From positions 3,072,001 to 3,136,000 of the forward strand of contig OY760937.1 in NCBI GenBank assembly GCA_963664225.1: DNA of 64,000 bases. The letters are read 5' to 3'. A model generated the notes under the pieces. The model searched no databases. It saw nothing but the letters and a program-made list of their open reading frames with translations, and was not told where the DNA came from. Origin of the DNA: Verrucomicrobiia bacterium. GTDB lineage: Bacteria > Verrucomicrobiota > Verrucomicrobiia > Limisphaerales > UBA1319. The position numbers and the translations under genes were made by a program. The first letter of the stretch is position 1. The number at the start of each line of letters is the position of its first letter. Of this stretch, positions 47,772 to 59,771 are shown in pieces.

Positions 47772-48908
47772 GTGAGCTATATTCACGAGCGCGCAGACTG
47801 GCCGCATTTGACGTGGGACAATGCGAAGTTGTTGCCGTTGGTGGCGGAGGTCCGTCATCGGCAGGGGCGTTTGCTTGGACGGATGGAGGGGCTGGGCTTT
47901 CGACTGCGCGCCGAAGCCAGTCTGGCCACACTGACTTCGGACGTCATCAAATCGAGTGCGATTGAGGGCGCCATTCTGGATGCCGGTCAGGTGCTCTCAT
48001 CGATTGCGCGGCGGCTGGGTCTGGATTTTGGCGACAACGCGCAGCCCGGTCGGGATGTTGAAGGGGTGGTCGAAATGATGCTCGACGCGACCCAGAAATA
48101 TGCCGAACCGGTGACGGTGGAACGGCTGTTCAACTGGCACGCGTCGTTGTTTCCCACCGGAAGAAGCGGAATGCGGCGCATCGCGGTTGGAGCCTGGCGT
48201 CCGGCGGCAATCGGCGCAATGCAGGTTGTGTCAGGTCCGATGGGCCGTGAACGGGTTCATTTTGAAGCGCCATCGGCGGACCGGCTTCAGCGCGAGGTGT
48301 CGGCATTTCTCAAATGGTTTGAGAGGGCGACCGAAATCGACCTGGTGCTCAAGGCGGGTATTGCGCATTTTTGGTTCGTGACCATTCATCCGTTTGAAGA
48401 TGGCAATGGCCGCATCGGCCGCGCAATAGCCGACCTGATTCTTGCCCGGTCTGAGGGCGCCAGCGAGCGATTTTACAGCATGTCTGCGCAAATCGAAGCT
48501 GAAAAAAAGCAGTATTATTTGAAGCTGGAGCAAAGCCAAAGAGGAGGCACGGATATTACCTCGTGGCTGGAATGGTTTTTGGGCTGTCTTGGACGAGCCG
48601 TTGCGGGAGCTGAAGACGGACTGGCGGGTGTTCTGCGAAAGGCACGAATCTGGGCGCGAATCAATAACCAGGAGCCGGTAAATGAGAGGCAGCGCCGGGT
48701 GATCAACCGTCTGCTGGATGGTTTCGAAGGAAAACTATCCACGTCTAAATATGGCAAGCTCGCCAAATGCTCCGCAGATACAGCGTTGCGGGATATAAGG
48801 ATACTTCTCGACCGAGGGATCCTGATCCAGGAGGCAGGCGGAGGCCGTAACACGAGCTACCGGCTATCCGACCCGGAGCGTCCGTCTGAGCCGTCCAGCA
48901 AAGACTGA
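47772..48908 (+). CDS. Fic-family protein (DUF4172 N-terminus, C-terminal HTH)
   Basis: HPFEDGNGRIGR Fic motif; SSAIEG; C-terminal KCSADTALRDI...GGGRNTSY. Confidence 0.95.
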   Translation: MSYIHERADWPHLTWDNAKLLPLVAEVRHRQGRLLGRMEGLGFRLRAEASLATLTSDVIKSSAIEGAILDAGQVLSSIARRLGLDFGDNAQPGRDVEGVVEMMLDATQKYAEPVTVERLFNWHASLFPTGRSGMRRIAVGAWRPAAIGAMQVVSGPMGRERVHFEAPSADRLQREVSAFLKWFERATEIDLVLKAGIAHFWFVTIHPFEDGNGRIGRAIADLILARSEGASERFYSMSAQIEAEKKQYYLKLEQSQRGGTDITSWLEWFLGCLGRAVAGAEDGLAGVLRKARIWARINNQEPVNERQRRVINRLLDGFEGKLSTSKYGKLAKCSADTALRDIRILLDRGILIQEAGGGRNTSYRLSDPERPSEPSSKD

Positions 48909-49210
48909 TATCAGTCGCTGATGAGCGCGTAGACTTCTTTCGTCGCACCACTCACCTACCATCCCTTGCTCCAGCCCTGAACTGCGTCACTTTTATGGTG
49001 TCGGTAAAAGAACCGATTAGGAAGAACCGATAATTCACACTACTGGACGCTAATAAAGACAGTGAAATGGTGATGCCGAGATCATCCGGAGGCTGGTATG
49101 ACAAGCCAGAGCCTCCGTCAAAAATCTGAATCCCCTTCCGATCAGCCTTTATTGCGTTTATTTGCGTGAATTAGCGGTTTTAACTCTTTATGAGCTTTTC
49201 CCTCTCATTC

Positions 49211-52200
49211 TCACTTCCCCACCTCAAAGTGATACCGCCCGGAGCCTGCTTCGAAGACGGCCGCGCCGTTTTCCATGCGCAGGAATTTCAGTCCGCGAGC
49301 CTGTGTAGCCGGGTGACCGCCTTCGCTGACTGCGGTGACATTGGCGGCGGGAACGCACACGGTGGCGGTGGTGTTGGCGGGGATGCTCACGTTCCATGTG
49401 AAGACCCCCTTGTCCTTGCGCCACTCACTGCGGACAGGTCCGCGCTGGGTTTTCAGTGACGCCGCGATATGGTCCAGGCCTTCGACCGCCACGGGCCGCA
49501 TGAGGATGTGGGCATAGCCGGGCTGCTCGGAATCGGGAGCGATGCCCGCAATGTTTTCGTAGAGCCAGATGACGAGGTCGCCCACGAGCATGACATGGTT
49601 GCCGGAGTTCATGGCGGGATCAGCGGTGTTGCCGTTCCACAATTCCCAGATGGTCGTTGCACCGTGTTCGAGCATGTAGCCCCAGCTCGGGTATTCGGTT
49701 TTGGTGGCGATGCCCAGGGCGAGGTCCGCCCGTCCCTGTGCGGTGAGCGCGCGCATGAGCCACTGGCCGCCGATCAGGCCGGTGCCAATGTGACCGCCAG
49801 TCTCCTTCTCGATCTTGTTGGTCAGGTGTTCAAACACGGCCTGGCGTTCGTCATCGGGCACCATGCCAAAGGCCAGGGGCAGCACACTCGAGGTATGGGA
49901 ACCGTTGTCGTAGAGGTGACGGGCGCGGTCGAGGTATTTGGCGTTGAAGGCCTGCTTCATGCTTGCGGCGCGTTCCTCGTATTGACGGGCGTCCTCGGTC
50001 AGTCCCAGGAGCTTTGCGTAACGGGCCATCAGCCGGAGGTCATGATAGAAATAGGTCGTGCCGAGGACTTCGCCCGAGGTCTTGCGCTTGGGGTCCTGCG
50101 AGTGAATCAATTTCTGTTCCTCGGGCGGCACGCACCAATCCCCATAAGTATCGCGCGGCATGAGGTTGTTGGTGATGTATCCGCTCATGTGCGTGATCCA
50201 TTGTTTCATGGCCGGATAATGTGTCTGGATCAATCGCAGGTCTCCGTATTGGTCGTAGAGCGCATCGGGAATGATGACGGCGCTGCTGGGCCAGGTGACA
50301 TTGTCCGAGTAGATCGGCCAGTAAGAGGGCGCCACATCGGGTATGGAACCATTGGGTTGCTGGGCGTCGGCCATGTCGCGCAGCCACTTGCTGTAGAGCG
50401 CGGCGGTGTTGAACATATAGCCCTCGCCCCGGGACTCGGCGGAGCGGTCGCCCAGCCAGCCCTGGCGCTCATCGCGCTGCGGGCAATCCGTGGGAATGCT
50501 GCGGTAATTGCCACGCACGCCCCAGCGGACGTTCTTGTAAATGCGGTTGAGCAACTCATTGGAACTGGTGAACTGGCCAACCGAGTCAATGCGGTCATGC
50601 ACCACCTTGCCCTCGATACTCGAGAGTTTCGGTTTTCCGGGGAAGCCCTTGACTTCCACGAAACGAAATCCGTGATAGGTGAACCGCGGCTCATAAACTT
50701 CCGTGCCCTTACCTTTAAGCGTGTAGAGATCAGTCACCTTGGCCGCGCGAATATTATCCAGATAGAGCGTGCCATCGTCACGGAGGGTTTCCGCGTGCCG
50801 CAGCGAAACGGTGGTTCCCGCCGGGCCGCGTACGGTCAGGCGGCACCAGCCGACCATGTTCTGCCCCATGTCGAAAATGAAAACGCCGGGCTTGGGTTCG
50901 GTGATGGCCTTGGGCTTCAAGGTTTCCATCACACGGATGGGCTCGATGCTCTGGGACATCAATGCGCCCGCCGGACCTTCCACCTTCTGCGCCGCCTGCC
51001 AGGAGCCGTCATCGAATCCCGTCGTGGCCCAGCCGGGCAATTCACGCCGGGCATCGTATTCCTCGCCGTCGTATTCGTTATTGGCACGAATGGGGCCTTC
51101 GGTGGTCAATTTCCACGTTTCATCGCTCACCACTTCCTGCACCGTGCCATCGTTGTTTTCGATTCTCAGATGCAACAGAAGCTTGGGATACCCGTAGCTC
51201 CCGGTGGTCATGGGTTGGGTGAGGCGGGGGGAAAAGTAACGGCCGTTTCCCAGCATCACGCCAATGGCGTTCTTCCCGTTTTTCACAAACGAAGTGACAT
51301 CGTGGGTGACGTAAAAGGCGCGTTTGTTGTATTCGGTCAGGCCGGGGGACAGCACATCGTCGCTGATTTTTTTTCCGTTGATGTAAAGCTCGGAAAGCCC
51401 CAGGCCGCTCATGTAGGCGGTGGCGCGGCGAATTTTATTTTGCGTCTCGAACTCGTGGCGCAACAGCCGCGCGGGCAACCGCCGGGATTCGTCCACCCAG
51501 GCGATTTTATTCCATGGACCCATGCCGTTGGCACCCAAATCCATGGCACTTTGCCAGTCTTTATCGTTATCCGATGCCCGCCAGGAACCATCGGTGGTGA
51601 GAATCATCGGTTCGCCACTGGCAAATTCAATCCGCACCGCGCCCAGCAGTCCGGCGGGATTTGGGCTGGCGCCGACGTTTCCGGCGGTGACGGTCAGGAC
51701 GTTGGCCCCTGCGTGGAGTTGTTCCGTAATATCCATCCGGATCAACTGTTGGAAGGTGTTGCCTGTGCCTGTCTTAACGCCATTTGCGAAGAAGGTGAAA
51801 TCGTTGTCGGCAGTAAAGAAGGCCACGGCTTTCTTGATGGAACGGCCGACCGGAAACTGCAATTCACGCCGGAAAAAACGGGTTCCTACAGGAGCGCTGG
51901 CGGCGGGATTGCCCTCGGGGAACCAAATCCAGTGCGCGGCATCGATTCCGGTTTGGGGCGCACCGGTTTCAAGCCCTGAATCCAGGCCAATCCATTGCGC
52001 TTTCCAATCTGCGGCGTGGAGCAAACCCATGCTCCAATAGGCGGGCGCGCTCCAACCTGAGACCTGATCCTTAGCATCCCAGACACGGACTTTCCACCAG
52101 CAGGCCTGATGTGAATTCAGGGGAATTCCGGCATAAGTTATTTGCGCGCTTTGGTTTGTGGCGACGCGGCCGGAATCCCACAGGTCGCCTGCATTTCGCT

Positions 52201-52456
52201 CCAGAACCTCCTTGCTCCCAGACACTAACACTTGGTAGGCGGATTGGGACAAGCCCCGCGCGTTGGGCGAAATTGGCTCCAATATCCAGGAGAGGCGAGG
52301 GGAGGTGGAATCAAGGCCTTGTGGATCGACCCGGTATTCGCAGCGCAACTCAACCGGCCGCATCAAACAGGCTGCGGCAGTTGCACTGTGAGCGAATAGC
52401 AGAAGGCACACGGCCGCCAATAAGGCCGGGAGCAGTTTGGATGCGGATTTTTTCAT
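49211..52456 (-). CDS. alpha-L-rhamnosidase (GH78)
   Basis: LRCEY..DP.G, FDMGQNMVG, FTYHGFRFVE, PTDCPQRDERQGWLGD, GATTIWE, MNSGNH. Confidence 0.95.
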   Translation of the reverse strand: MKKSASKLLPALLAAVCLLLFAHSATAAACLMRPVELRCEYRVDPQGLDSTSPRLSWILEPISPNARGLSQSAYQVLVSGSKEVLERNAGDLWDSGRVATNQSAQITYAGIPLNSHQACWWKVRVWDAKDQVSGWSAPAYWSMGLLHAADWKAQWIGLDSGLETGAPQTGIDAAHWIWFPEGNPAASAPVGTRFFRRELQFPVGRSIKKAVAFFTADNDFTFFANGVKTGTGNTFQQLIRMDITEQLHAGANVLTVTAGNVGASPNPAGLLGAVRIEFASGEPMILTTDGSWRASDNDKDWQSAMDLGANGMGPWNKIAWVDESRRLPARLLRHEFETQNKIRRATAYMSGLGLSELYINGKKISDDVLSPGLTEYNKRAFYVTHDVTSFVKNGKNAIGVMLGNGRYFSPRLTQPMTTGSYGYPKLLLHLRIENNDGTVQEVVSDETWKLTTEGPIRANNEYDGEEYDARRELPGWATTGFDDGSWQAAQKVEGPAGALMSQSIEPIRVMETLKPKAITEPKPGVFIFDMGQNMVGWCRLTVRGPAGTTVSLRHAETLRDDGTLYLDNIRAAKVTDLYTLKGKGTEVYEPRFTYHGFRFVEVKGFPGKPKLSSIEGKVVHDRIDSVGQFTSSNELLNRIYKNVRWGVRGNYRSIPTDCPQRDERQGWLGDRSAESRGEGYMFNTAALYSKWLRDMADAQQPNGSIPDVAPSYWPIYSDNVTWPSSAVIIPDALYDQYGDLRLIQTHYPAMKQWITHMSGYITNNLMPRDTYGDWCVPPEEQKLIHSQDPKRKTSGEVLGTTYFYHDLRLMARYAKLLGLTEDARQYEERAASMKQAFNAKYLDRARHLYDNGSHTSSVLPLAFGMVPDDERQAVFEHLTNKIEKETGGHIGTGLIGGQWLMRALTAQGRADLALGIATKTEYPSWGYMLEHGATTIWELWNGNTADPAMNSGNHVMLVGDLVIWLYENIAGIAPDSEQPGYAHILMRPVAVEGLDHIAASLKTQRGPVRSEWRKDKGVFTWNVSIPANTTATVCVPAANVTAVSEGGHPATQARGLKFLRMENGAAVFEAGSGRYHFEVGK

Positions 52457-52647
52457 GAGATTTGTGTGTTCCAAAGCATTAAAGATTTATGGGACCCACT
52501 GAACAAGAAAAATTTATTCCATGAGGAACTGTAGGTTCCTGGGGGCGTGTCAGGGAGTTAACAGGCGGCCACGCTGGATTACCGGTCTCCTGACCGGCTT
52601 TATGCCCGTCTTTTATCCGCAAAGCTCTAACACACGACCTGTGCCGC

Positions 52648-53670
52648 TCAACTCTTTTTCGATAGAACTTGGCGCACCCAATCCTGGTGGTCGAGATACC
52701 ATTGGATGGTTTCCCGAATGCCGCGCTCGAAGGTGTAGGCCGGCACCCAGCCCAGGGTGTTTTTTATCTTGGTGGCGTCGATGGCGTAACGCCGGTCGTG
52801 GCCCAGACGGTCGGTGACGAATTTGATGAGTTTTCGCGAATCCCCACCCAATTGCGGTGCCAGTTCGTCGATGGTATCACAGATCAGTTCGACCAGTCGC
52901 AGGTTGGCCCATTCGTTGTGGCCGCCGATATTGTAAGTCTCTCCCAAATTTCCACGCGTCAGCACCTGCCAGAGGGCGTCCGCATGGTCGCGCACATAAA
53001 GCCAGTCGCGCACGTTCATGCCATCTCCGTAAACCGGCACGGGCTTGCGCGCCAGCAGGTTTTGAATGACCACGGGAATGAGCTTTTCGGGAAATTGATA
53101 GGGCCCGTAATTGTTCGAGCAATTAGTGATGACCGATGGCAGGCCGTAGGTGTGGAAATAGGCCCGCACCAGCAGGTCGCTGGAGGCTTTGCTGGCCGAG
53201 TAGGGCGAGTTGGGGGCGTAAGGCGTCGTTTCCGTGAAAAAACCCTCCGCACCCAGGCTGCCATAGACTTCGTCGGTGGAGATGTGATGAAAACGACGGT
53301 CCGCCACGTTTGCACCCCAGTAACCGCGGCAGGCCTCGAGCAGATTGAACGTGCCCACAATATTCGTGTGGATGAAATCGCCCGGGCCGGTGATCGAGCG
53401 GTCCACGTGGGATTCGGCGGCCAGATGCATCACATGGGTGATCTGGTGCCGGGTCACGACGTCGGTGACATCGGCCTTGTTGCGAAGGTCGGCGTTGACG
53501 AAGGTGTATTTTGGATGCCGGCTAACAGCCTCGAGGTTCTCAAGATGCCCCGCATAGGTCAGGCAGTCCAGGTTCACCAGGCGGGTGACTTCGGGCTTGT
53601 CGATGACCTGTTGGATGAGGTTGGAGCCGATGAATCCGGCGCCGCCGGTCACAAGTAAATTCATGATCAT
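52648..53670 (-). CDS. rfbB: dTDP-glucose 4,6-dehydratase
   Basis: [46 protein letters not shown]. Confidence 0.97.
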   Translation of the reverse strand: MIMNLLVTGGAGFIGSNLIQQVIDKPEVTRLVNLDCLTYAGHLENLEAVSRHPKYTFVNADLRNKADVTDVVTRHQITHVMHLAAESHVDRSITGPGDFIHTNIVGTFNLLEACRGYWGANVADRRFHHISTDEVYGSLGAEGFFTETTPYAPNSPYSASKASSDLLVRAYFHTYGLPSVITNCSNNYGPYQFPEKLIPVVIQNLLARKPVPVYGDGMNVRDWLYVRDHADALWQVLTRGNLGETYNIGGHNEWANLRLVELICDTIDELAPQLGGDSRKLIKFVTDRLGHDRRYAIDATKIKNTLGWVPAYTFERGIRETIQWYLDHQDWVRQVLSKKS

Positions 53671-54605
53671 GTCTGGGGTTTCCACTTCCGCAACGAATCT
53701 TCAATGGCCTCCTGCACCGGCCGGATGCGCACGCCCGCGGCCTGGAGCTTGGAGGTGTCCAGAACGCAATTGGAGCGCGGTGTTTTGGCGGCTGTCTTGT
53801 AAAATTCCGCATCGTCCGCCCAAAACTCGAACGGACGGCCGGGCCGCAGGAATTTCTCGATGGACTGCACCACCTGGCGCGTGGTGACCCAGCCGGGATT
53901 GGTGATGTTGTAGATCCCAAACGGGGCGCGAGCGTCCCAAAGGTCCAGGCAGGCGCGCACGTAATCCGTGCGGTGCGAAATGGCGTTCACGTTGACGTAC
54001 ACCTTGGGATACCGCTGGACCTTCGTGAGATAGTTGCGGGGATTATCGAATTCGTCAAAGGGAATGCGCAGCCGCCAGGTGAACACATGCGGCATGCCGC
54101 TGATCGTCTCCTCGGCCAGCGCCTTGGTGCCGCTGTAAAAGCTGCACGGCGGACGCCGGAACGTGAAATTCGGCTCGTCGGTCTCCAGATAACCCGAAAT
54201 CAGGGACGGATCGCGCTCCCACACGGATCGCGCCTCCGGGGTCATCAGGTCGCGTTCGGCGCGGCCATGGAGCTTCGCGCCGGAATAAATGCAGCCCGAG
54301 GAAACATGGCCGAGGGGGACGCCCGCAGCCAGGCAGGCCGAGGCCAGGGCCTGGGGAAAAAGGGTGTTGCCCTGGAGGGTGTCCGCCCAGGCCAGTTCGC
54401 AGGCATCCACATTGGGCTTGCCGGTGAACCCGGCGGCGTTGATGACGAACTGCGGTTTGCGCGTGCGCAAATAATCCAGCATGACGTCAAAGCGCGTGTA
54501 ATCAACCTGCTTTCTTGACAATGGAATATATGGCCGTTTGCGGGCGTCAAGCTCGCGCGCAAAAGCCTCCCCGATGTAACCGGTGGCACCCAGCAGTATG
54601 ATCAT
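53667..54605 (-). CDS. NDP-4-keto-6-deoxyglucose 3,5-epimerase/4-reductase (NRS/ER-like, RmlD-fold)
   Basis: [54 protein letters not shown]. Confidence 0.85.
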   Translation of the reverse strand: MIILLGATGYIGEAFARELDARKRPYIPLSRKQVDYTRFDVMLDYLRTRKPQFVINAAGFTGKPNVDACELAWADTLQGNTLFPQALASACLAAGVPLGHVSSGCIYSGAKLHGRAERDLMTPEARSVWERDPSLISGYLETDEPNFTFRRPPCSFYSGTKALAEETISGMPHVFTWRLRIPFDEFDNPRNYLTKVQRYPKVYVNVNAISHRTDYVRACLDLWDARAPFGIYNITNPGWVTTRQVVQSIEKFLRPGRPFEFWADDAEFYKTAAKTPRSNCVLDTSKLQAAGVRIRPVQEAIEDSLRKWKPQT

Positions 54606-54808
54606 ATTTCTTGTGTCGCACTCCATCCGGTCGAATGACAAGGCAGGTTGCCGGACGCCTCATGCGCCGCCCAATATGGCTCATGTCATCATGCCTCTCA
54701 AGTAAAAGAATATTCCGCGCGGCATGGAGGCGAGATTCCGATTTTTGAAACCTTTGATCCCGTGGTGGGTTGTTTAACCATGATCGTTGCAAAAGAGAAG
54801 GCCACACC

Positions 54809-55765
54809 ATGAGCTTATCCATTGAAAAGGTCGGAAAGCTGTATCGCAACAAAGTCTGGGGCCTGAATGATTTCAGCCTCGAAATCCAGCCCGGGGTGCT
54901 CGGTTTGCTGGGGCCCAACGGCGCGGGAAAATCGACGTTGATGCGCATTCTGGCCACGATCACCCGCTCTACGCGCGGCCGGGTTTCCTGGGAGGGCATG
55001 GACATCGCGCAAAATGCCAATGCCTTACGGAAAGTTCTGGGTTATCTCCCGCAGGATTTTGGAGTATATCCCAATCTGAACGCCGTCGAGTTCCTCGAAT
55101 ACCTGGCCGCCGTGCGCGGATTGGATGGACGCGCGGCCCGCAAACGCATTCAGGCCCTGCTTGAGCTGGTCAATCTGAGCGACGCGTGCCGCCGCCCACT
55201 CGGTGGATTTTCCGGTGGCATGAAACAACGCGTCGGCATTGCCCAGGCCTTGTTGAACGACCCGCGCTTATTAATCGTGGATGAGCCTACCGCCGGGCTG
55301 GATCCCGAGGAACGGGTGCGCTTTCGCAACCTCCTGGCCGAACTCTCCGGCGAGCGCATCGTGATCCTCTCCACGCATATCGTCTCGGATGTGGAAGCCG
55401 TGGCCACGCAAATGGCCATCATTGCCAACGGTCAATTGGTCATTCATGCCACGCCGGAAGCTCTCCTGAAAACCGTGGCGGGAAAAGTCTGGGAATGGGT
55501 CGTGCCGGGCACTGATCTGGCCGCCGCGCAATCAAACCGCCTCGTCAGCGGCTGCACGCGCCGCAGTGATGGCCTCCATCTGCGCGTCGTCTCCCACCAG
55601 CCTCCCGGTCCTGCGGCCCAATGCGTGGCCCCTACGCTCGAAGACGCCTATTTGTTTCAGCTCGCGGCACATCACGACCCGGCAACCGAATCACCATTAA
55701 CCGTGACCGCCTGCGCCATGGTTGATCGGGAGGACGGCCGACTGGTTACGACTGAATCCAGGTAA
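54809..55765 (+). CDS. ABC transporter ATP-binding subunit
   Basis: GPNGAGKST, FSGGMKQR, IVDEPTAGLDP, LSTH. Confidence 0.95.
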   Translation: MSLSIEKVGKLYRNKVWGLNDFSLEIQPGVLGLLGPNGAGKSTLMRILATITRSTRGRVSWEGMDIAQNANALRKVLGYLPQDFGVYPNLNAVEFLEYLAAVRGLDGRAARKRIQALLELVNLSDACRRPLGGFSGGMKQRVGIAQALLNDPRLLIVDEPTAGLDPEERVRFRNLLAELSGERIVILSTHIVSDVEAVATQMAIIANGQLVIHATPEALLKTVAGKVWEWVVPGTDLAAAQSNRLVSGCTRRSDGLHLRVVSHQPPGPAAQCVAPTLEDAYLFQLAAHHDPATESPLTVTACAMVDREDGRLVTTESR

Positions 55766-55853
55766 GCCCTTTGATTTCATTGCGGATTGAAATGATACAC
55801 CAGCCATGCGGGGAATCGCCCTCACAATCCCGACTTAACCTTTTTAACCCAAC

Positions 55854-57473
55854 ATGAAAACCCTGCGCGCACTCTACCATCTGGCTCGCGCTGACTTCCT
55901 CGAACGCGTCCAACGCTACAGCTTTGTGGTGACTCTGCTGGCCGCAACCTATCTCGGACTGGCGGTCGTCTCGGGTGACATCAACCTGCACCTGGCTCAA
56001 TACCGCGGAGTGTTCAACTCCGCCTGGGTCGGCTTGCTGATGACCCTGACCACCACCGTCTTTGTTACGCTGGCGGGTTTTTATCTCGTCAAGAATGCGG
56101 TGGATCGCGACCGCCAGACCGGCGTGGGCCAGATACTCGCCGCCTCGCCCATTAACCGCTTGACGTATCTCCTCGGCAAAACGCTCAGCAATCTGGCCGT
56201 GCTGGGCGCCATTGTCATTGTGCTGGCGCTCGCCGCCGTCCTCACCCAGTTGACGGCGGGCGAGGCAAGGCAGCTTGACCTCTGGGCCTTGCTTTCCCCC
56301 TTTATATTCCTGGCCCTTCCCGCGCTGGTCTTCGTGGCGGGAATGGCGGTGTTCTTTGAAACAGTCCCCTGGTTGCGCGGCGGCTTTGGCAATATCGTAT
56401 ATTTTTTCCTCTGGCTTTTGCTCTTTTGCGGGGGCCTGGAAACTCAAAACGCTTACGCGGACTTCACCGGATTTCAATGGGTCGCTGACAAGGTTGGCGA
56501 TTACCTTCGCCAGACCCAACCCGATTGCGGGAGCGGCATCGGGCTATCCATCGGCGATGGCGATGAAGGCTTTCGCTCGTTTGTTTGGCCGGGGTTCGAT
56601 TGGCTTTCCACGGCCTGGTGGCTGCGTTTATATTGGATCGGCGTTTCATTCGCATTGATTCTTCTGGGCGCGCTCTTTTTCGACCGTTTTGACCCCGCGC
56701 GAACAGGTTCGCGCAAATGGGGCGCAAAACGCGACGGCGCCGGTCTGGCGGCAATGCAGCCCGCACAGCCGGTCTTCAGCACTTCGGAAATGGTCCATGG
56801 CACGATGGGTGTGAACAGGCCGCGATCATCCGCAGGATTCAATACCGCATCGTCGCCCCAACAAGGCTCCGGTTATGCGACGATGCTCCAGGCTGAACTG
56901 CGGTTGATGTTCAAAGGCCAGCCCTGGTGGTGGCATGCCGGGGCCATCATCCTCCTGATCGCCAGCCTGGCCAATCCCTTGGAAAAATCGCGCGAAGAGT
57001 TGCTCCCGTTTGTCTGGCTCTGGCCCGTTTTGCTCTGGTCGCAAATGGGCACTCGCGAAGCCAGGAATAAAACCCATCAACTGCTCTTCAATGCCCCTCA
57101 TTTCCTGACACGGCAATTATCGGTGGTCTGGCTCGCGGGCGTGATTCTGGCACTCGGATCCGGCGCTGGCATCGGCATCCAACTCGTGCTGGCGCACGAT
57201 TGGAGCGGGCTCATGGGCTGGACTGTGGGGGCGCTTTTCATTCCCACCGCCGCCCTCGCCATGGGAGTATGGAGTGGTTCCGGTAAACTGTTTGAAGGCC
57301 TTTTCATGGTCTGCTGGTACATTGGCCCCATCCAAAAGCTTGGCATGCTGAACTTCATGACCACTTCGTCCGCAGCCGTCTCAGCCGGGCTTCCTGTTTT
57401 ATATCTGGTTGCAACGGTCGCATTGCTCGTTGCCGCTCTAATCGGACGACGCCGTCAAATGGAGATGGTTTAA
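55854..57473 (+). CDS. ABC-2-type permease (two-domain membrane protein)
   Basis: About 12 hydrophobic segments, YLLGK motif; follows the ATPase gene. Confidence 0.8.
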   Translation: MKTLRALYHLARADFLERVQRYSFVVTLLAATYLGLAVVSGDINLHLAQYRGVFNSAWVGLLMTLTTTVFVTLAGFYLVKNAVDRDRQTGVGQILAASPINRLTYLLGKTLSNLAVLGAIVIVLALAAVLTQLTAGEARQLDLWALLSPFIFLALPALVFVAGMAVFFETVPWLRGGFGNIVYFFLWLLLFCGGLETQNAYADFTGFQWVADKVGDYLRQTQPDCGSGIGLSIGDGDEGFRSFVWPGFDWLSTAWWLRLYWIGVSFALILLGALFFDRFDPARTGSRKWGAKRDGAGLAAMQPAQPVFSTSEMVHGTMGVNRPRSSAGFNTASSPQQGSGYATMLQAELRLMFKGQPWWWHAGAIILLIASLANPLEKSREELLPFVWLWPVLLWSQMGTREARNKTHQLLFNAPHFLTRQLSVVWLAGVILALGSGAGIGIQLVLAHDWSGLMGWTVGALFIPTAALAMGVWSGSGKLFEGLFMVCWYIGPIQKLGMLNFMTTSSAAVSAGLPVLYLVATVALLVAALIGRRRQMEMV

Positions 57474-57607
57474 AATTGGCCCTCGTTGTCCAAGCCTCTT
57501 GCGCCACGCGCCCCATTTTCCCGGAGGCTGGCGTTTCCCCATTTCCATGCAGCCCAACAGCGATTCGCGGAAATATAACCTCTTTGCGCAAGGGCCGCAT
57601 TCGCGCA

Positions 57608-58983
<1,376 letters not shown>

Positions 58984-59033
58984 AGCGAAGCCGGGGAAGC
59001 GGCGCGCGAAACGCCGTTTCCCGGTTTGATTCA

Positions 59034-59771
59034 ATGACCGCCCAGAATTCGCAACTCAGCGCCGTTGCACAGGCGAATATTCCCGCCCATGCGGCCATCA
59101 TCATGGACGGCAATGGACGCTGGGCCAAGGAACGCCATCTCCCGCGCGTGGAAGGTCACCGGAGGGGCGTGGAATCCGTGCGCTCCATCGTTCGCGCCGC
59201 GGGTGAATTCGGAATCAAGTATCTCACGCTCTACGCGTTCTCGGTCGAAAACTGGAACCGTCCCAAAGACGAGGTGGACACGTTGATGACCTACCTGGCG
59301 CGTTATCTCAAGAACGAGATTGGCGAACTGCAGAAAAACAACGTTCGGCTGGAGGCCATCGGCCAGATTTACCGCCTGCCGGAATTTGTTCAGGAACAAT
59401 TGGCGAAAACCAAGGCCGCCCTGGCGCGCAACAACGGTCTGACTCTTATTCTGGCCTTGAGCTACGGCGGACGCACCGAGTGGATTGAGGCGGCTCGAAG
59501 CATTGCCGAAGAGGTCAAGAGCGGCGGGATGGAACCGGCGGAAATCAACGAGCACGTCATTTCCCAGCATCTCTACACACGGCATTGGCCCGATCCCGAC
59601 CTGCTCATCCGCACGAGCGGCGAAATGCGCATCAGCAACTTTCTGCTCTGGCAGTGCTCGTATTCGGAATTCGTGGTCGTGCCCACGCTTTGGCCGGATT
59701 TCCGCAAGCCGCAATTGGCGGAGGCCCTGGAGGAATTTGCCCGGCGACATCGCCGTTACGGCGGCGTCTGA
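59034..59771 (+). CDS. uppS: Undecaprenyl diphosphate synthase
   Basis: IIMDGNGRWA, YAFSVENWNRP, DLLIRTSGE.RISNFLLWQ. Confidence 0.97.
   Translation: MTAQNSQLSAVAQANIPAHAAIIMDGNGRWAKERHLPRVEGHRRGVESVRSIVRAAGEFGIKYLTLYAFSVENWNRPKDEVDTLMTYLARYLKNEIGELQKNNVRLEAIGQIYRLPEFVQEQLAKTKAALARNNGLTLILALSYGGRTEWIEAARSIAEEVKSGGMEPAEINEHVISQHLYTRHWPDPDLLIRTSGEMRISNFLLWQCSYSEFVVVPTLWPDFRKPQLAEALEEFARRHRRYGGV

Noticed and set aside
58990..59028. Strong hairpin between purA and uppS
   Set aside because: Ordinary intercistronic stem-loop with a poor U-tract; no further unusual features
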